Shown here: positions 47,970 to 56,770 of the stretch, piece by piece
How positions within the stretch are numbered: the stretch's first letter is position 1
Layout of the letters: the number at the start of each line of letters is the position of its first letter
Assembly (NCBI GenBank): GCA_017512095.1
Contig: JAFWHC010000001.1
Span: forward strand, 71,099-135,098
DNA length: 64,000 nucleotides
Source: Candidatus Saccharimonadota bacterium
GTDB taxonomy: Bacteria > Patescibacteriota > Saccharimonadia > Saccharimonadales > Saccharimonadaceae
Direction of reading: 5' to 3'
Translations under genes and position numbers: made by a program
Notes under the pieces: generated by a model
The model's input: the letters and a program-made list of their open reading frames with translations, nothing else
Database searches by the model: none
What the model was told of the DNA's origin: nothing

Positions 47970-49739
47970 ATGGAAGCAACAGACCAGGTCATGAAAATGC
48001 GACATACGCTGAGCCATATTTTGGCAGCAGCGGTGAAGGAGCTTTATCCGACAACAAAGTTCGGGATTGGGCCAGCAATTGAGGATGGGTTTTATTATGA
48101 TATGGATTTTGGGACGGAGAAGGTGACGGAAAGCGATCTCGCGAAAATTGAGAAGAAGATGCGGGGAATTATTAAGCGCGGATTCACAATGGAAAGAAGC
48201 GAAAAGAGCCGGAATGAAGCCTTGGACTGGGCGATCGAAGGGAAACAAGAACTCAAAAAAGAGTTGATTGACGAGCTGCCGGAAGCGCAAACGATTTCTT
48301 TTTATACGATGATCGACAGTAATTCTAAGAAGGAAATCTTTACCGACCTTTGCAAAGGACCACATGTTGAGAAGGCAAAAGAGATTGGTGCGTTTAAGCT
48401 GGTGAAAGTAGCGGGGGCGTATTGGCGTGGAGATGAGAAACGTCAGATGCTGACGCGTGTGTATGGCGTAGCGTTTGAAACGCAGGAAGAATTGGATGAA
48501 TATCTGAAGCGGCAAGAGGAGGCGAAGGCGCGCGATCATCGAAAACTTGGGAAAGAGCTTGATTTGTATACGTTTTCTGATTTGGTGGGGGCGGGATTAC
48601 CAATGTTTACGCCAAGGGGAACGTTGATTCGCGATTTGCTTGCGGAATATTCTTTGAGCTTGCGTAAACGCGCTGGCTTTGAGCGAGTTTGGACGCCTCA
48701 TATTACAAAAGTGGATTTGTATAAGACTTCTGGACATTATGCGAAATTTGGGGATGAGCTTTTTATGGTGCATTCGCAAGTAAATGGGGAAGAGTTTGCT
48801 CTCAAACCGATGAACTGCCCCCATCATACGCAAATTTTTGCAAGCCGACCGAGGACGTATCGTGATATGCCGGTGCGGTACATGGAGCCGACGACTGACT
48901 ATCGTGACGAGAAGACTGGAGAGCTCGGCGGGTTGTCTAGGGTTCGGTCTTTGACGCAAGATGATAGTCATGTGTTTTGCCGAACGTCACAGATTAAAGA
49001 CGAGATTAAGAATCTGGTTGGGATTGTACAAGAATTTTATACAAGGATGGGAATGGAGAAGTTGCGAGCTCGCTTGTCCTATCGTTCAGATGAGGATAAA
49101 TATCTTGGTGATAAGAAGCTTTGGGAGATGGCGCAAAAAGAAATTCGTCAGGCGGCAATTGACAATAAATTAGATTTCTTTGAGGCAGAAGGCGAGGCAG
49201 CGTTCTATGGGCCGAAGATTGATTTTATGGCGGAAGACGCGATTGGCCGAGAGCATCAGGTGGCAACGATTCAGCTTGATTTTGTTCAGCCGGAGAGATT
49301 CGGGTTGGAGTTTGTAAACGAAAAAGGTGAGAAAGAACGCCCGGTGATGATTCATCATGCAACGCTTGGTTCGATTGAGCGGTTTATGAGTGTGTTTATT
49401 GAACATACGGCGGGATGGTTCCCGTTTTGGGTGGCGCCGGAGCAGGTGCGGATTTTAACGGTTAACGACAAAGTTACGAAGTATGTTGATGAGGTTTCCG
49501 AGGTTTTGAAGGAAGTAATTCTGGAGACGCCGGTAGAGAATAATAAATTGCGTTTTACGGTTGATGATAGCGATGATTCGCTTGGGAAGAAAATACGACG
49601 TGCAGTTGCGATGAAGTTGCCGGTGGTCTTGATTGTAGGTGAGAAAGATAAAGAAGGCAAGACTGTGTCGGTGAGACTTAGGGATAAAGAAGAAGTTGTT
49701 AAGCTAAAGGATCTGAAGCAATATTTAGAGAAAATGTAG
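47970..49739 (+). CDS. thrS: Threonyl-tRNA synthetase (no TGS domain)
   Basis: MRHTLSH, DLCKGPH, RDHRKLG, KPMNCPHH, FYGPKID, MIHHATLGS. Confidence 0.97.
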   Translation: MEATDQVMKMRHTLSHILAAAVKELYPTTKFGIGPAIEDGFYYDMDFGTEKVTESDLAKIEKKMRGIIKRGFTMERSEKSRNEALDWAIEGKQELKKELIDELPEAQTISFYTMIDSNSKKEIFTDLCKGPHVEKAKEIGAFKLVKVAGAYWRGDEKRQMLTRVYGVAFETQEELDEYLKRQEEAKARDHRKLGKELDLYTFSDLVGAGLPMFTPRGTLIRDLLAEYSLSLRKRAGFERVWTPHITKVDLYKTSGHYAKFGDELFMVHSQVNGEEFALKPMNCPHHTQIFASRPRTYRDMPVRYMEPTTDYRDEKTGELGGLSRVRSLTQDDSHVFCRTSQIKDEIKNLVGIVQEFYTRMGMEKLRARLSYRSDEDKYLGDKKLWEMAQKEIRQAAIDNKLDFFEAEGEAAFYGPKIDFMAEDAIGREHQVATIQLDFVQPERFGLEFVNEKGEKERPVMIHHATLGSIERFMSVFIEHTAGWFPFWVAPEQVRILTVNDKVTKYVDEVSEVLKEVILETPVENNKLRFTVDDSDDSLGKKIRRAVAMKLPVVLIVGEKDKEGKTVSVRLRDKEEVVKLKDLKQYLEKM

Positions 49740-49750
49740 TTCCAGTTATT

Positions 49751-50542
49751 GTGGGGCCAACCGGTTCGGGGAAGACGGGGGTTTCTGTTGCGATAGCGAG
49801 AAAAACTGATGGGGAGATTATTTCTGCGGATTCGCGGACTGTTTATAAAGGAATGGATGTGGGGACGGCGAAACCGACGACAATAGAGCGGGAAGGGGTG
49901 CCGCATTTTGGTTTTGACTTGGTGGAGCCTGATGAACGATTTACGGTGAAAGACTGGAAGGACTATGCGGAGAAAGTAATAGCGGATATAGAAGGTCGCG
50001 GAAATGTGCCGATTGTGGTAGGCGGGACGGGACTTTATGTGGATGCGTTAATTTTTGATTACAAATTTGAAGCTCCGAGTAAGGGATATGGTGTCGAGCG
50101 AGGGGAATGTATAAAAAATTTGAACGGAAAGAACGGAAGTCTAGAACAAAATGATTTGCAGAAATATCCGGATAGACAAAAGATGTGTTCAAAATATAAA
50201 GTTTTTGGGATTTTCTGGGAGCCGGAAGAACTGAAAAAACGATTGTTGATTCGAGCGAATAAAATGTTTAACGATGAGCTTTACGCGGAAACGGAGCAGT
50301 TGGTTAAAAAAAATAGTTTTGAGAATAAAGCAATGACGGGCGATGTTTATGAATTTGCATGGAAATATATGCGGAATGAGATTGGTCGCGAGGAGGCTGT
50401 GAGGTTGACCGCTACTTGTGATTGGCATTTGGCAAAACGGCAAATGACGTGGTTTAAGCGAAATAAGAATATCATGTGGTTGCCGCTTGAAAAAGTGGAG
50501 ACGGCTGTGTTAAAATGTATACAGAATGAGCAAAGAAAATAG
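49751..50542 (+). CDS. miaA: tRNA dimethylallyltransferase (start codon uncertain)
   Basis: GPTGSGKT, IISADSR, GTAKP, VGGTGLY, LAKRQMTWF. Confidence 0.9.
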   Translation: MGPTGSGKTGVSVAIARKTDGEIISADSRTVYKGMDVGTAKPTTIEREGVPHFGFDLVEPDERFTVKDWKDYAEKVIADIEGRGNVPIVVGGTGLYVDALIFDYKFEAPSKGYGVERGECIKNLNGKNGSLEQNDLQKYPDRQKMCSKYKVFGIFWEPEELKKRLLIRANKMFNDELYAETEQLVKKNSFENKAMTGDVYEFAWKYMRNEIGREEAVRLTATCDWHLAKRQMTWFKRNKNIMWLPLEKVETAVLKCIQNEQRK

Positions 50543-51131
50543 TTCACCAATAGAAAAATTGTTCGGCTCGAAGACGCGTGCGAAGCTTTTAAATCTTTTG
50601 TTTGAAAATCCCGACAAGTCTTTTTATGTGCGTGAGATTACGCGTGTGATTGGAGAGCAGATTAATTCGGTGAGAAGGGAATTGCTAAACCTTGAGAGCG
50701 TGGGAGTGGTAAAAAATGAAACGTTTGATAATAAGGTTTATTATTCTGCGAATATGAAGCATCCGTATGCGCATGCTTTGAATGAAATCTTTTCTAAGAA
50801 GGTTAATCTTTCTAAGGATAAAGATATAAAAGAGAGCAGTTGGGAAGAGTATGTGAAACCTGTTCAAAAATATCTGGCCGCGATGATGCTGACGAATCGG
50901 ATGCCGGGGCAAGATGGAGTTGACCTCTTGATTGTGGGTGACGACAGAACAAAAAAACTGACGCACTGGGCGGAAATTGTTGAGAAGAAGGTTGGAAAGC
51001 CACTTAATTATGTAATTTTTACGGTGGAGGATTTCTTATATCGCAAGAGCGTGAGAGACAGGTTCGTGCTTGATATTTTAGAGATGGATGTTAGTGAGTT
51101 GATTGATCCGGATAAAATAATTAAGGAGTAG
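50526..51131 (+). CDS. Winged-helix protein with C-terminal nucleotidyltransferase-like domain
   Basis: LFGSKTRAKLL, FYVREITR, VRRELLNLE (wHTH); GVDLLIVGD, LNYVIFTVEDF (MNT-like). Confidence 0.72.
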   Translation: MSKENSSPIEKLFGSKTRAKLLNLLFENPDKSFYVREITRVIGEQINSVRRELLNLESVGVVKNETFDNKVYYSANMKHPYAHALNEIFSKKVNLSKDKDIKESSWEEYVKPVQKYLAAMMLTNRMPGQDGVDLLIVGDDRTKKLTHWAEIVEKKVGKPLNYVIFTVEDFLYRKSVRDRFVLDILEMDVSELIDPDKIIKE

Positions 51132-51136
51132 TAAAA

Positions 51137-51586
51137 ATGTTTGAAATCGAAAGTAAAAATCCTGATAGTGTGACGATTATCACGAAGAAGACGAGCGTGA
51201 CGTTTGATGTGGCGGAAGGTACTATTCTCGCGAATTTGTCGGTTGGGGCGATTCATGGCCCGGGGGAGTTTGAGGTGGGAGATGTGACGATTCGGGGAAT
51301 TGCGGTTGCCGAGGGCAGGGTGATTTATGATGCAGAAGTCGGAGGCGTGCACGTGGGAATTATTGGGGGGATTGAAGAAGGACTAGATGACCTTGGCGTG
51401 GCGAATGTTCTTTGCACCTCAAGTGTGCGAGCTATTCGGGAGATTGATCCGAAAGTGGTAATTTCCATGGGAAATGTGGATGGAATGGTGAGCGAACTAA
51501 AAGTTTCCGCAAAGACAGAAAAAAAGTATAAAGTAAAAAGCCTTGATTCACTTCCGGTTGCATTGGAAGTGGTGGTGTTGAACTAA
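51137..51586 (+). CDS. Hypothetical protein, possibly a degenerate metallo-beta-lactamase-fold remnant
   Basis: IHGPGEFEVGDVTIRGI and IREIDPKVVI resemble CPR MBL-like proteins; no HxHxDH. Confidence 0.55.
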   Translation: MFEIESKNPDSVTIITKKTSVTFDVAEGTILANLSVGAIHGPGEFEVGDVTIRGIAVAEGRVIYDAEVGGVHVGIIGGIEEGLDDLGVANVLCTSSVRAIREIDPKVVISMGNVDGMVSELKVSAKTEKKYKVKSLDSLPVALEVVVLN

Positions 51587-51634
51587 TTTTGTAATAAAAG
51601 GTTTGAGAAAGGTGGTTAGCGTAAGGAGGGTAAT

Positions 51635-52267
51635 GTGAGTTTGGTTGGCGTGATTTCTGTGTTGGTAGTGATTGTGTTTTCCATGATGCTGCATGAGCTT
51701 GCGCATGGTGGAGTGGCTTATCTTTTAGGAGATACGACGGCGAAAGATGATGGCAGGTTGACGTTGAATCCGTTAAAACATCTCGATCCGGTTATGTCGG
51801 TGATTTTGCCATTGGCTTCGTTTTTGATGGGCGGAGTGGTGTTTGGGGGTGCGAAACCCGTACCGGTAAACACGCGGCATCTTAAAGGCGGAGTTTGGGG
51901 AATGGCGGCAGTGGCCTTGGCTGGTCCTTTGACAAATTTTGTACTCGCGTTTATTGGGTTTTTGATTTGGGAGGGGGCTGGAGCGGTAGATTTGAATACA
52001 TTTTTGGGGACAACGGTGGTAAATTTAGTGTTCGTGAACTTAGGATTTGGAGTGTTTAATTTGATTCCTATTCCACCATTAGACGGGTCGCGGATTTTGT
52101 ATGCGATTGCGCCGGACGGAGCAAGAGAGTTTATGGATAAAATGGAAAAATATGGGATTTTTATTGTGTATATATTAATACTAGTGGGTGGAAATGTGTT
52201 CTCTTCGGTGATGACAGGGGCGATGAATGGGATTTTGCAAGGTTACTACTGGATTATTGGTCGGTAA
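51635..52267 (+). CDS. Site-2 protease (M50 family)
   Basis: HELAH, TLNPLKHLDP, ALAGPLTN, NLIPIPPLDG. Confidence 0.94.
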   Translation: MSLVGVISVLVVIVFSMMLHELAHGGVAYLLGDTTAKDDGRLTLNPLKHLDPVMSVILPLASFLMGGVVFGGAKPVPVNTRHLKGGVWGMAAVALAGPLTNFVLAFIGFLIWEGAGAVDLNTFLGTTVVNLVFVNLGFGVFNLIPIPPLDGSRILYAIAPDGAREFMDKMEKYGIFIVYILILVGGNVFSSVMTGAMNGILQGYYWIIGR

Positions 52268-52283
52268 CCTGATATAATGTAAT

Positions 52284-52420
52284 TGTACCTTTACTGGTAG
52301 CATAATTTTCTCTGTATAGTTATGTTTACGGGATTTCGTGGCAAGTCTCCGTGGAGGCTGCGCATAAGATTTTACCCACCTTGCAAATCAGCAGGGAAAA
52401 TAGGCCGGTAAGGGTATACC
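52284..52420 (+). ncRNA. ssrS: 6S RNA-like (compact, ~135 nt)
   Basis: TG-A-TATAAT promoter; 14 bp closing stem 52284-97/52405-18; 11 bp stem 52305-15/52391-401; ACCCACCUUG motif; alternative CCUUGC/GCAGGG hairpin. Confidence 0.7.
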
Positions 52421-52446
52421 TTATTGTAATATATAGAAGTGGTGGG

Positions 52447-53313
52447 ATGAAACAAAGAATTCGAGTTGTTGGAATTTTGAGGAGGGAAGGGGAAATTCTT
52501 TTGATGAAAAGACGAACAGGCCGAAGTACGGAGCCTGTTTTTTGGGAGTTGCCGACGGGCAAAATTAAGTTTGGTGAACAGCCAGAAGAAACAATGGCGC
52601 GGACGGCGTTGGAATATCTTGGCGTAGAGGTGAAGGAAGTGACGCTGAAGGACGTGGTGACATTTTTGGCTTTTACTGGTGCGAGCCAAATGGCGAATCT
52701 CTATATTGTGTATGAAATAAAAATAGCAGATACGGCGAAGTTGCAACCAAGCGAAAGATATTCAGCATTTAAGTTTTTGAAGCAGGATGAGTTCTCTAAA
52801 GTAAGAGTAGACGAAGCTACCGGAGCAGTGTTGTCGCTTGAAGATGAGGCTAAGTTTGAGGCGACGAATGGGGGAATGAGGGAAGCGGTGAACGGGGCGA
52901 TGGTGTATGTGGATGGAAGTAGCCGGGGGAACCCGGGTCCGGCGGGAATTGGTTATTATATTGTGGGTGAGAATGGCGAGACGCTGCTTAAGGGTGGCGA
53001 ATTTGTTGGGTTTGCGACGAGTAGGGTGGCAGAGTATTACGCATTGAGGACGGGCGTAGAGAAGGCGATTGAACTGGGCTTAAAGAAAGTGCGGTTTATT
53101 GGTGATAATTTGATGATGATTAATCAAATGAATGGTATATATAAAATTAAGAACCGAGATCTTTTGCCAATATATGCGGATATACGGGAGAAAGTGGCAG
53201 GGGGATTTGAAGCGGTGTCGTTTACGCATGTAAAAAGGGAATTGAATAGCGAGGCGGATAAAGAAGCGAATTTGGCGATTGATAGACATTTTGATTCGGA
53301 TATGGTAAAATAA
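52447..53313 (+). CDS. Degenerate NUDIX domain - ribonuclease HI fusion
   Basis: WELPTGKIKFGEQPEETMARTALEY (NUDIX-like); VDGSSRGNPG, AEYYAL, IGDNL, NSEADKEAN (RNase HI); ATG 52447. Confidence 0.88.
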   Translation: MKQRIRVVGILRREGEILLMKRRTGRSTEPVFWELPTGKIKFGEQPEETMARTALEYLGVEVKEVTLKDVVTFLAFTGASQMANLYIVYEIKIADTAKLQPSERYSAFKFLKQDEFSKVRVDEATGAVLSLEDEAKFEATNGGMREAVNGAMVYVDGSSRGNPGPAGIGYYIVGENGETLLKGGEFVGFATSRVAEYYALRTGVEKAIELGLKKVRFIGDNLMMINQMNGIYKIKNRDLLPIYADIREKVAGGFEAVSFTHVKRELNSEADKEANLAIDRHFDSDMVK

Positions 53314-53316
53314 CAG

Positions 53317-53663
53317 AGAGCTAGAAAGGCAATCGCTTGGAACTATATTTCAAGAGGAAAGTCCGGACAGCATAGGACAAGGTAGTCGCTAACGGCGACC
53401 AAGAGCGATCTTAGGGAAAGTACCACAGAGACAATACTACCATCTTGCTTGCAGGATGGAAAAGGTGAAAAGAGTGAGGTAAGAGCTCACAGCGGCATAT
53501 GGTGACATATGTCGGTGGCAAACCCTACCTGCTGCAAGGAGTGCTAGAAAACCCTGGTTCGGGGATGCACGGTCACCGCGTGAACATTATAGCAATATAA
53601 TGTCTAGATAGATGATTGCTGGCGGCCTCGGTCGTTACAAAATCCGGCTTACGAACAGCTCAT
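53317..53663 (+). ncRNA. rnpB: RNase P RNA
   Basis: GAGGAAAGTCCG (CR I), ACAGAGAC, GGCAAACCC, ACAAAATCCGGCTTA (CR V), GAGCT/AGCTC P1. Confidence 0.97.
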
Positions 53664-53664
53664 C

Positions 53665-53692
53665 AAAAAATCTCTCCTTAGAGAGATTTTTT
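53665..53692. terminator. Bidirectional terminator rnpB / rpmB
   Basis: AAAAAATCTCTC-CTTA-GAGAGATTTTTT. Confidence 0.88.
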
Positions 53693-53698
53693 GTGCTA

Positions 53699-53911
53699 TT
53701 AGGCTTTTTTGGCTTTTGGCGAGTCGATAAGACCTTTTTTCTTTAACGTGCGGAGGGCAGAGGTAGAGACGTTTGCCTTGACCTTTTGTCCGTTGATGAC
53801 GAGGGTGCGTTTCGAAACGTTTGGTTTGAAAACTTTACGTGTTTTTCTCTGGGAGAAAGAAACGTTGTGACCGTACATTTTGCCTTTGCCGGTAATTTCG
53901 CAGATGGCCAT
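53699..53911 (-). CDS. rpmB: 50S ribosomal protein L28
   Basis: CEITGK, GHNVSFSQRKTRKVFKPNV, STSALRTL. Confidence 0.93.
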   Translation of the reverse strand: MAICEITGKGKMYGHNVSFSQRKTRKVFKPNVSKRTLVINGQKVKANVSTSALRTLKKKGLIDSPKAKKA

Positions 53912-53912
53912 G

Positions 53913-54260
53913 TTATTTCTCCTTTACGGTGTTAACGATTGCTTTGAAAGCTTCTGGCTGGTTGACGGTAAGTTCGGCAAGAATCTTGCGGTCAAGGTTG
54001 ATGCCTTTTTTCTTCATGCCGGCGATTAGCTGGGAGTAGGAAAGGCCGAGCTCACGAGAAGCGTTGTTGATGCGCGTAATCCAGAGGGAGCGGAAATCGC
54101 GTTTTTTATTGCGACGATCGCGATAGGCGTAGCGAAGGGATTTGATAACGCCTTGTTTGGCAAGACGATAGCTACGGGTGCGATAATGCTGCATGCCTTT
54201 GGCGGCTTGCAAGGTTTTCTTATGTTTAGCATGGGCAGGAACGCCACGTTTGACTCTCAT
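53913..54260 (-). CDS. rplT: 50S ribosomal protein L20
   Basis: [39 protein letters not shown]. Confidence 0.97.
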   Translation of the reverse strand: MRVKRGVPAHAKHKKTLQAAKGMQHYRTRSYRLAKQGVIKSLRYAYRDRRNKKRDFRSLWITRINNASRELGLSYSQLIAGMKKKGINLDRKILAELTVNQPEAFKAIVNTVKEK

Positions 54261-54263
54261 GAC

Positions 54264-54458
54264 TTAAACTCCTAGTGCGGTCTTAACGTTTTTCTTAATT
54301 TTGCCGTTGATGGCAGCGGCAGTTTTCATGTTGCGTTTCCTAGCCTTCGACTTTTTGGCGAGGATATGATTCCCGAAAGCGCGCTCGCGGATGATTTTTC
54401 CAGAGCCACTGATTTTTACACGCTTGGCGGTACCTTTATGCGTTTTTAGTTTGGGCAT
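54264..54458 (-). CDS. rpmI: 50S ribosomal protein L35
   Basis: MPKLKTHKGTAKRVKISGSGK; ATG 54458. Confidence 0.95.
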   Translation of the reverse strand: MPKLKTHKGTAKRVKISGSGKIIRERAFGNHILAKKSKARKRNMKTAAAINGKIKKNVKTALGV

Positions 54459-54469
54459 AAATTTTCCTT

Positions 54470-54600
54470 TAGAATTAGATTTGGTATTTATTGCGATGTG
54501 AATGTCGCGGGCGCCTAATGCGGCACAAGGTGCGAACGGGGAACCGTGGAAGTAGGAAATTACTTCTTCCGAATTCCAACCGAGAGATTCCGTCCACTCC
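54470..54600 (-). promoter_or_regulatory. Candidate L20-responsive structured element between infC and rpmI
   Basis: 100 nt spacer; GUGGACGG (end of infC) pairs with CCGUUCGC; CCCGUUCGCACCU resembles the Firmicute L20-leader core. Confidence 0.4.
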
Positions 54601-55081
54601 ATTGAGGTTTGCCTTCGACGATGGCATTTTCGGAAAGAAGGTCAAGAACTTTGTTCAGAAGATCTTGTCCGACTTCTTTGTGTGCCATTTCGCGACCGCG
54701 GAAGACGATCATGATTTTGACGTGGTCGCCATCCTCTAGGAAACCTTTGATTTTGCGGACTTTGATGTTAAGGTCGTTATCGCTGATTTTGAGGCCAATC
54801 TTCATTTGCTTGAGCTCGGACTGTTTTTCACGGGCTTTCTTCCGATTTTTGGCTTCTTCTTTCATCTTTTGGTATTGGAATTTTCCCCAATCGATGATTT
54901 TTACGACGGGCGGGTTGGCGTTAGCGGCAATTTCCACTAAGTCGACTCCGGCTTGTCGAGCGAGAAGTTGAGCATCACGGCTGGACATAATGCCCAGCTG
55001 CTCTCCATTAGTGCCAATTACGCGTACTTCGGGATAACGGATTTCTCCGTTGATTTTTGTGCGTGAGTTGTTTTTACTAAT
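54560..55081 (-). CDS. infC: Translation initiation factor IF-3 (AUU start)
   Basis: INGEIRYPEVRVIG, VDLVEIA, KIIDWGKFQY; in-frame ATT at 55081 with SD AAAGGA, as is typical for infC. Confidence 0.95.
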   Translation of the reverse strand: MSKNNSRTKINGEIRYPEVRVIGTNGEQLGIMSSRDAQLLARQAGVDLVEIAANANPPVVKIIDWGKFQYQKMKEEAKNRKKAREKQSELKQMKIGLKISDNDLNIKVRKIKGFLEDGDHVKIMIVFRGREMAHKEVGQDLLNKVLDLLSENAIVEGKPQWSGRNLSVGIRKK

Positions 55082-55156
55082 GGGGGTGATCCTTTCTCTT
55101 TAACCTTATCTTTAGATTATATCAAAAATGCTTCGTTTTGACAAGGGGTGGAACAG

Positions 55157-56671
55157 TTATCTTTTGCGATAATTTAAAGCCTCGGTAAGGTGGGCGACGT
55201 CGATTTCTGCGGCGCCGTCTAGGTCGGCGATGGTTTGCGCGACTTTGATAACTTTGAAGTAGGAGCGAGCAGAGAGGTTCAGTTTTTTGGAAGCAGAATC
55301 GAGAAGATTTTCGGCAGCGGGAGTGAGTTTAAGAAGAGACGAAACTTGATGGGAAGAAAGGGAAGAGTTGAAGATGTCGGAACGACCATAGCGAAGGCGT
55401 TGGCGGTTGAGCGCCTCTTTAATATTATTTTTTACAATGTCGTGTTCGGAAGATTTATTTTGCACCGAAGGAGACTTTTGGCGGAGATCGGAGTTGTCGA
55501 CTTTTGCAACCGTGATGTTCATGTCAATACGGTCAAAGAGAGGACCAGAAAGCTTCTTTTGGTAGTTATTGATTTGGACTTGAGTGCAGGTGCATTCATG
55601 TGTAGGGTCGCCTAAGTAACCGCAGGGGCAGGGGTTCATGGTGGCGATGAGCATAAAGTCGGCTGGATAGGTGGTTTTAGCGTTGGCACGAGAAACAGAA
55701 ATCTTTTTATCTTCGAGCGGTTGTCGGAGCGCTTCGAGAATTGAGCGGGGGAATTCGGGAATTTCGTCGAGAAAAAGGACGCCAAGATGGGCGAGAGAAA
55801 TCTCGCCTGGCTCGGCTTTTGTGCCACCGCCGATAATGGAAATAGCTGAGGCGGTGTGGTGTGGGGCGCGAAATGGGCGCGATGAAATGGTGCCATCAGT
55901 CTCGCCGGCGATGGAATGAATTTTAGTGATAGCGATTTGTTCTTCAGGGGAAGGTGGCGGAAGAAGATTGGCCGCAGCGCGGGCTAGAAGAGTTTTGCCG
56001 GCACCTGGTGGGCCAGAAATGAGGATATTATGATGACCAGCGATTGCGACGGCAAGAGCGCGTTTAGCGAAGGATTGACCACGAATATGGTCAAGAATTG
56101 GCGAGTTTTTATCTGTTTTTGTATTTTCTACAACAATTTTGGGATGTTTTTGGATGGTCTGTTCATGCTTTAAATGCAAGAAAAGCTCTTGAAGATTTTT
56201 AACACCGATAACGGTTACGTTGGGTATAAGAGAGGCTTGAGCGAGATTTTCTTCAGGGACATACATCTCGGAAATGTTAGCGATACGGGCAGCTTCGATG
56301 ATGTTAATAATTCCGTGAATGGGGCGCAGGGAACCATTGAGCGAAAGTTCGCCGACGAAGAGTTTATTCTTAAGGTCTTCTTGGCGAAGCTGGCCCGAGA
56401 GAACAAGAACCGTGAGGGCGATGGGTAAGTCGAGGTGAGAGCCATCTTTTAGGAGATCGGCGGGAGCGAGGTTGATCGTGACGCGTTTGTCTGGGAATGA
56501 AAAACCGGAGCTTGTGATGGCGCTTTTGACGCGTTCACGGGCCTCAGAAACGGTTTTATTGGCCATGCCGACGATATTAAAGGCGGGGAGGCCCTTGTTC
56601 ATGTCGCCTTCGACTTCTACGATACGACCTTCGTAGCCGTAGGGGATGGCAGAGTAGGTTTTTGCTATCAT
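55157..56671 (-). CDS. comM: YifB/ComM Mg-chelatase-like AAA+ ATPase
   Basis: EVEGD, GLPAFNIVG, VTINLAPADL, GPPGAGKT, PFRAPHH, LDEIPEF, LSARS. Confidence 0.94.
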   Translation of the reverse strand: MIAKTYSAIPYGYEGRIVEVEGDMNKGLPAFNIVGMANKTVSEARERVKSAITSSGFSFPDKRVTINLAPADLLKDGSHLDLPIALTVLVLSGQLRQEDLKNKLFVGELSLNGSLRPIHGIINIIEAARIANISEMYVPEENLAQASLIPNVTVIGVKNLQELFLHLKHEQTIQKHPKIVVENTKTDKNSPILDHIRGQSFAKRALAVAIAGHHNILISGPPGAGKTLLARAAANLLPPPSPEEQIAITKIHSIAGETDGTISSRPFRAPHHTASAISIIGGGTKAEPGEISLAHLGVLFLDEIPEFPRSILEALRQPLEDKKISVSRANAKTTYPADFMLIATMNPCPCGYLGDPTHECTCTQVQINNYQKKLSGPLFDRIDMNITVAKVDNSDLRQKSPSVQNKSSEHDIVKNNIKEALNRQRLRYGRSDIFNSSLSSHQVSSLLKLTPAAENLLDSASKKLNLSARSYFKVIKVAQTIADLDGAAEIDVAHLTEALNYRKR

Positions 56672-56770
56672 GAGACAAGAATAAAGGAAGTGAGACGAAA
56701 GCGCAAGGAAAAGCGGAATTAAATAAAGGGGTAGCGTTTTATGGGGTTATATGATATAATGAAGGGAGTT

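Noticed and set aside
52357-52385. dif-like XerC arm GCTGCGCATAA
   Set aside because: No XerD arm (TTATGTTAAAT-like) after a 6-bp spacer; it lies inside the 6S-like RNA
52351-52446. N-terminal extension of the NUDIX-RNase H ORF from GTG 52351
   Set aside because: Overlaps the structured 6S-like RNA; the NUDIX fold begins at ATG 52447
54459-54602. 112 aa version of L35 in the ORF track
   Set aside because: L35 homology starts at ATG 54458 with its own SD; the upstream part overlaps infC and a structured spacer
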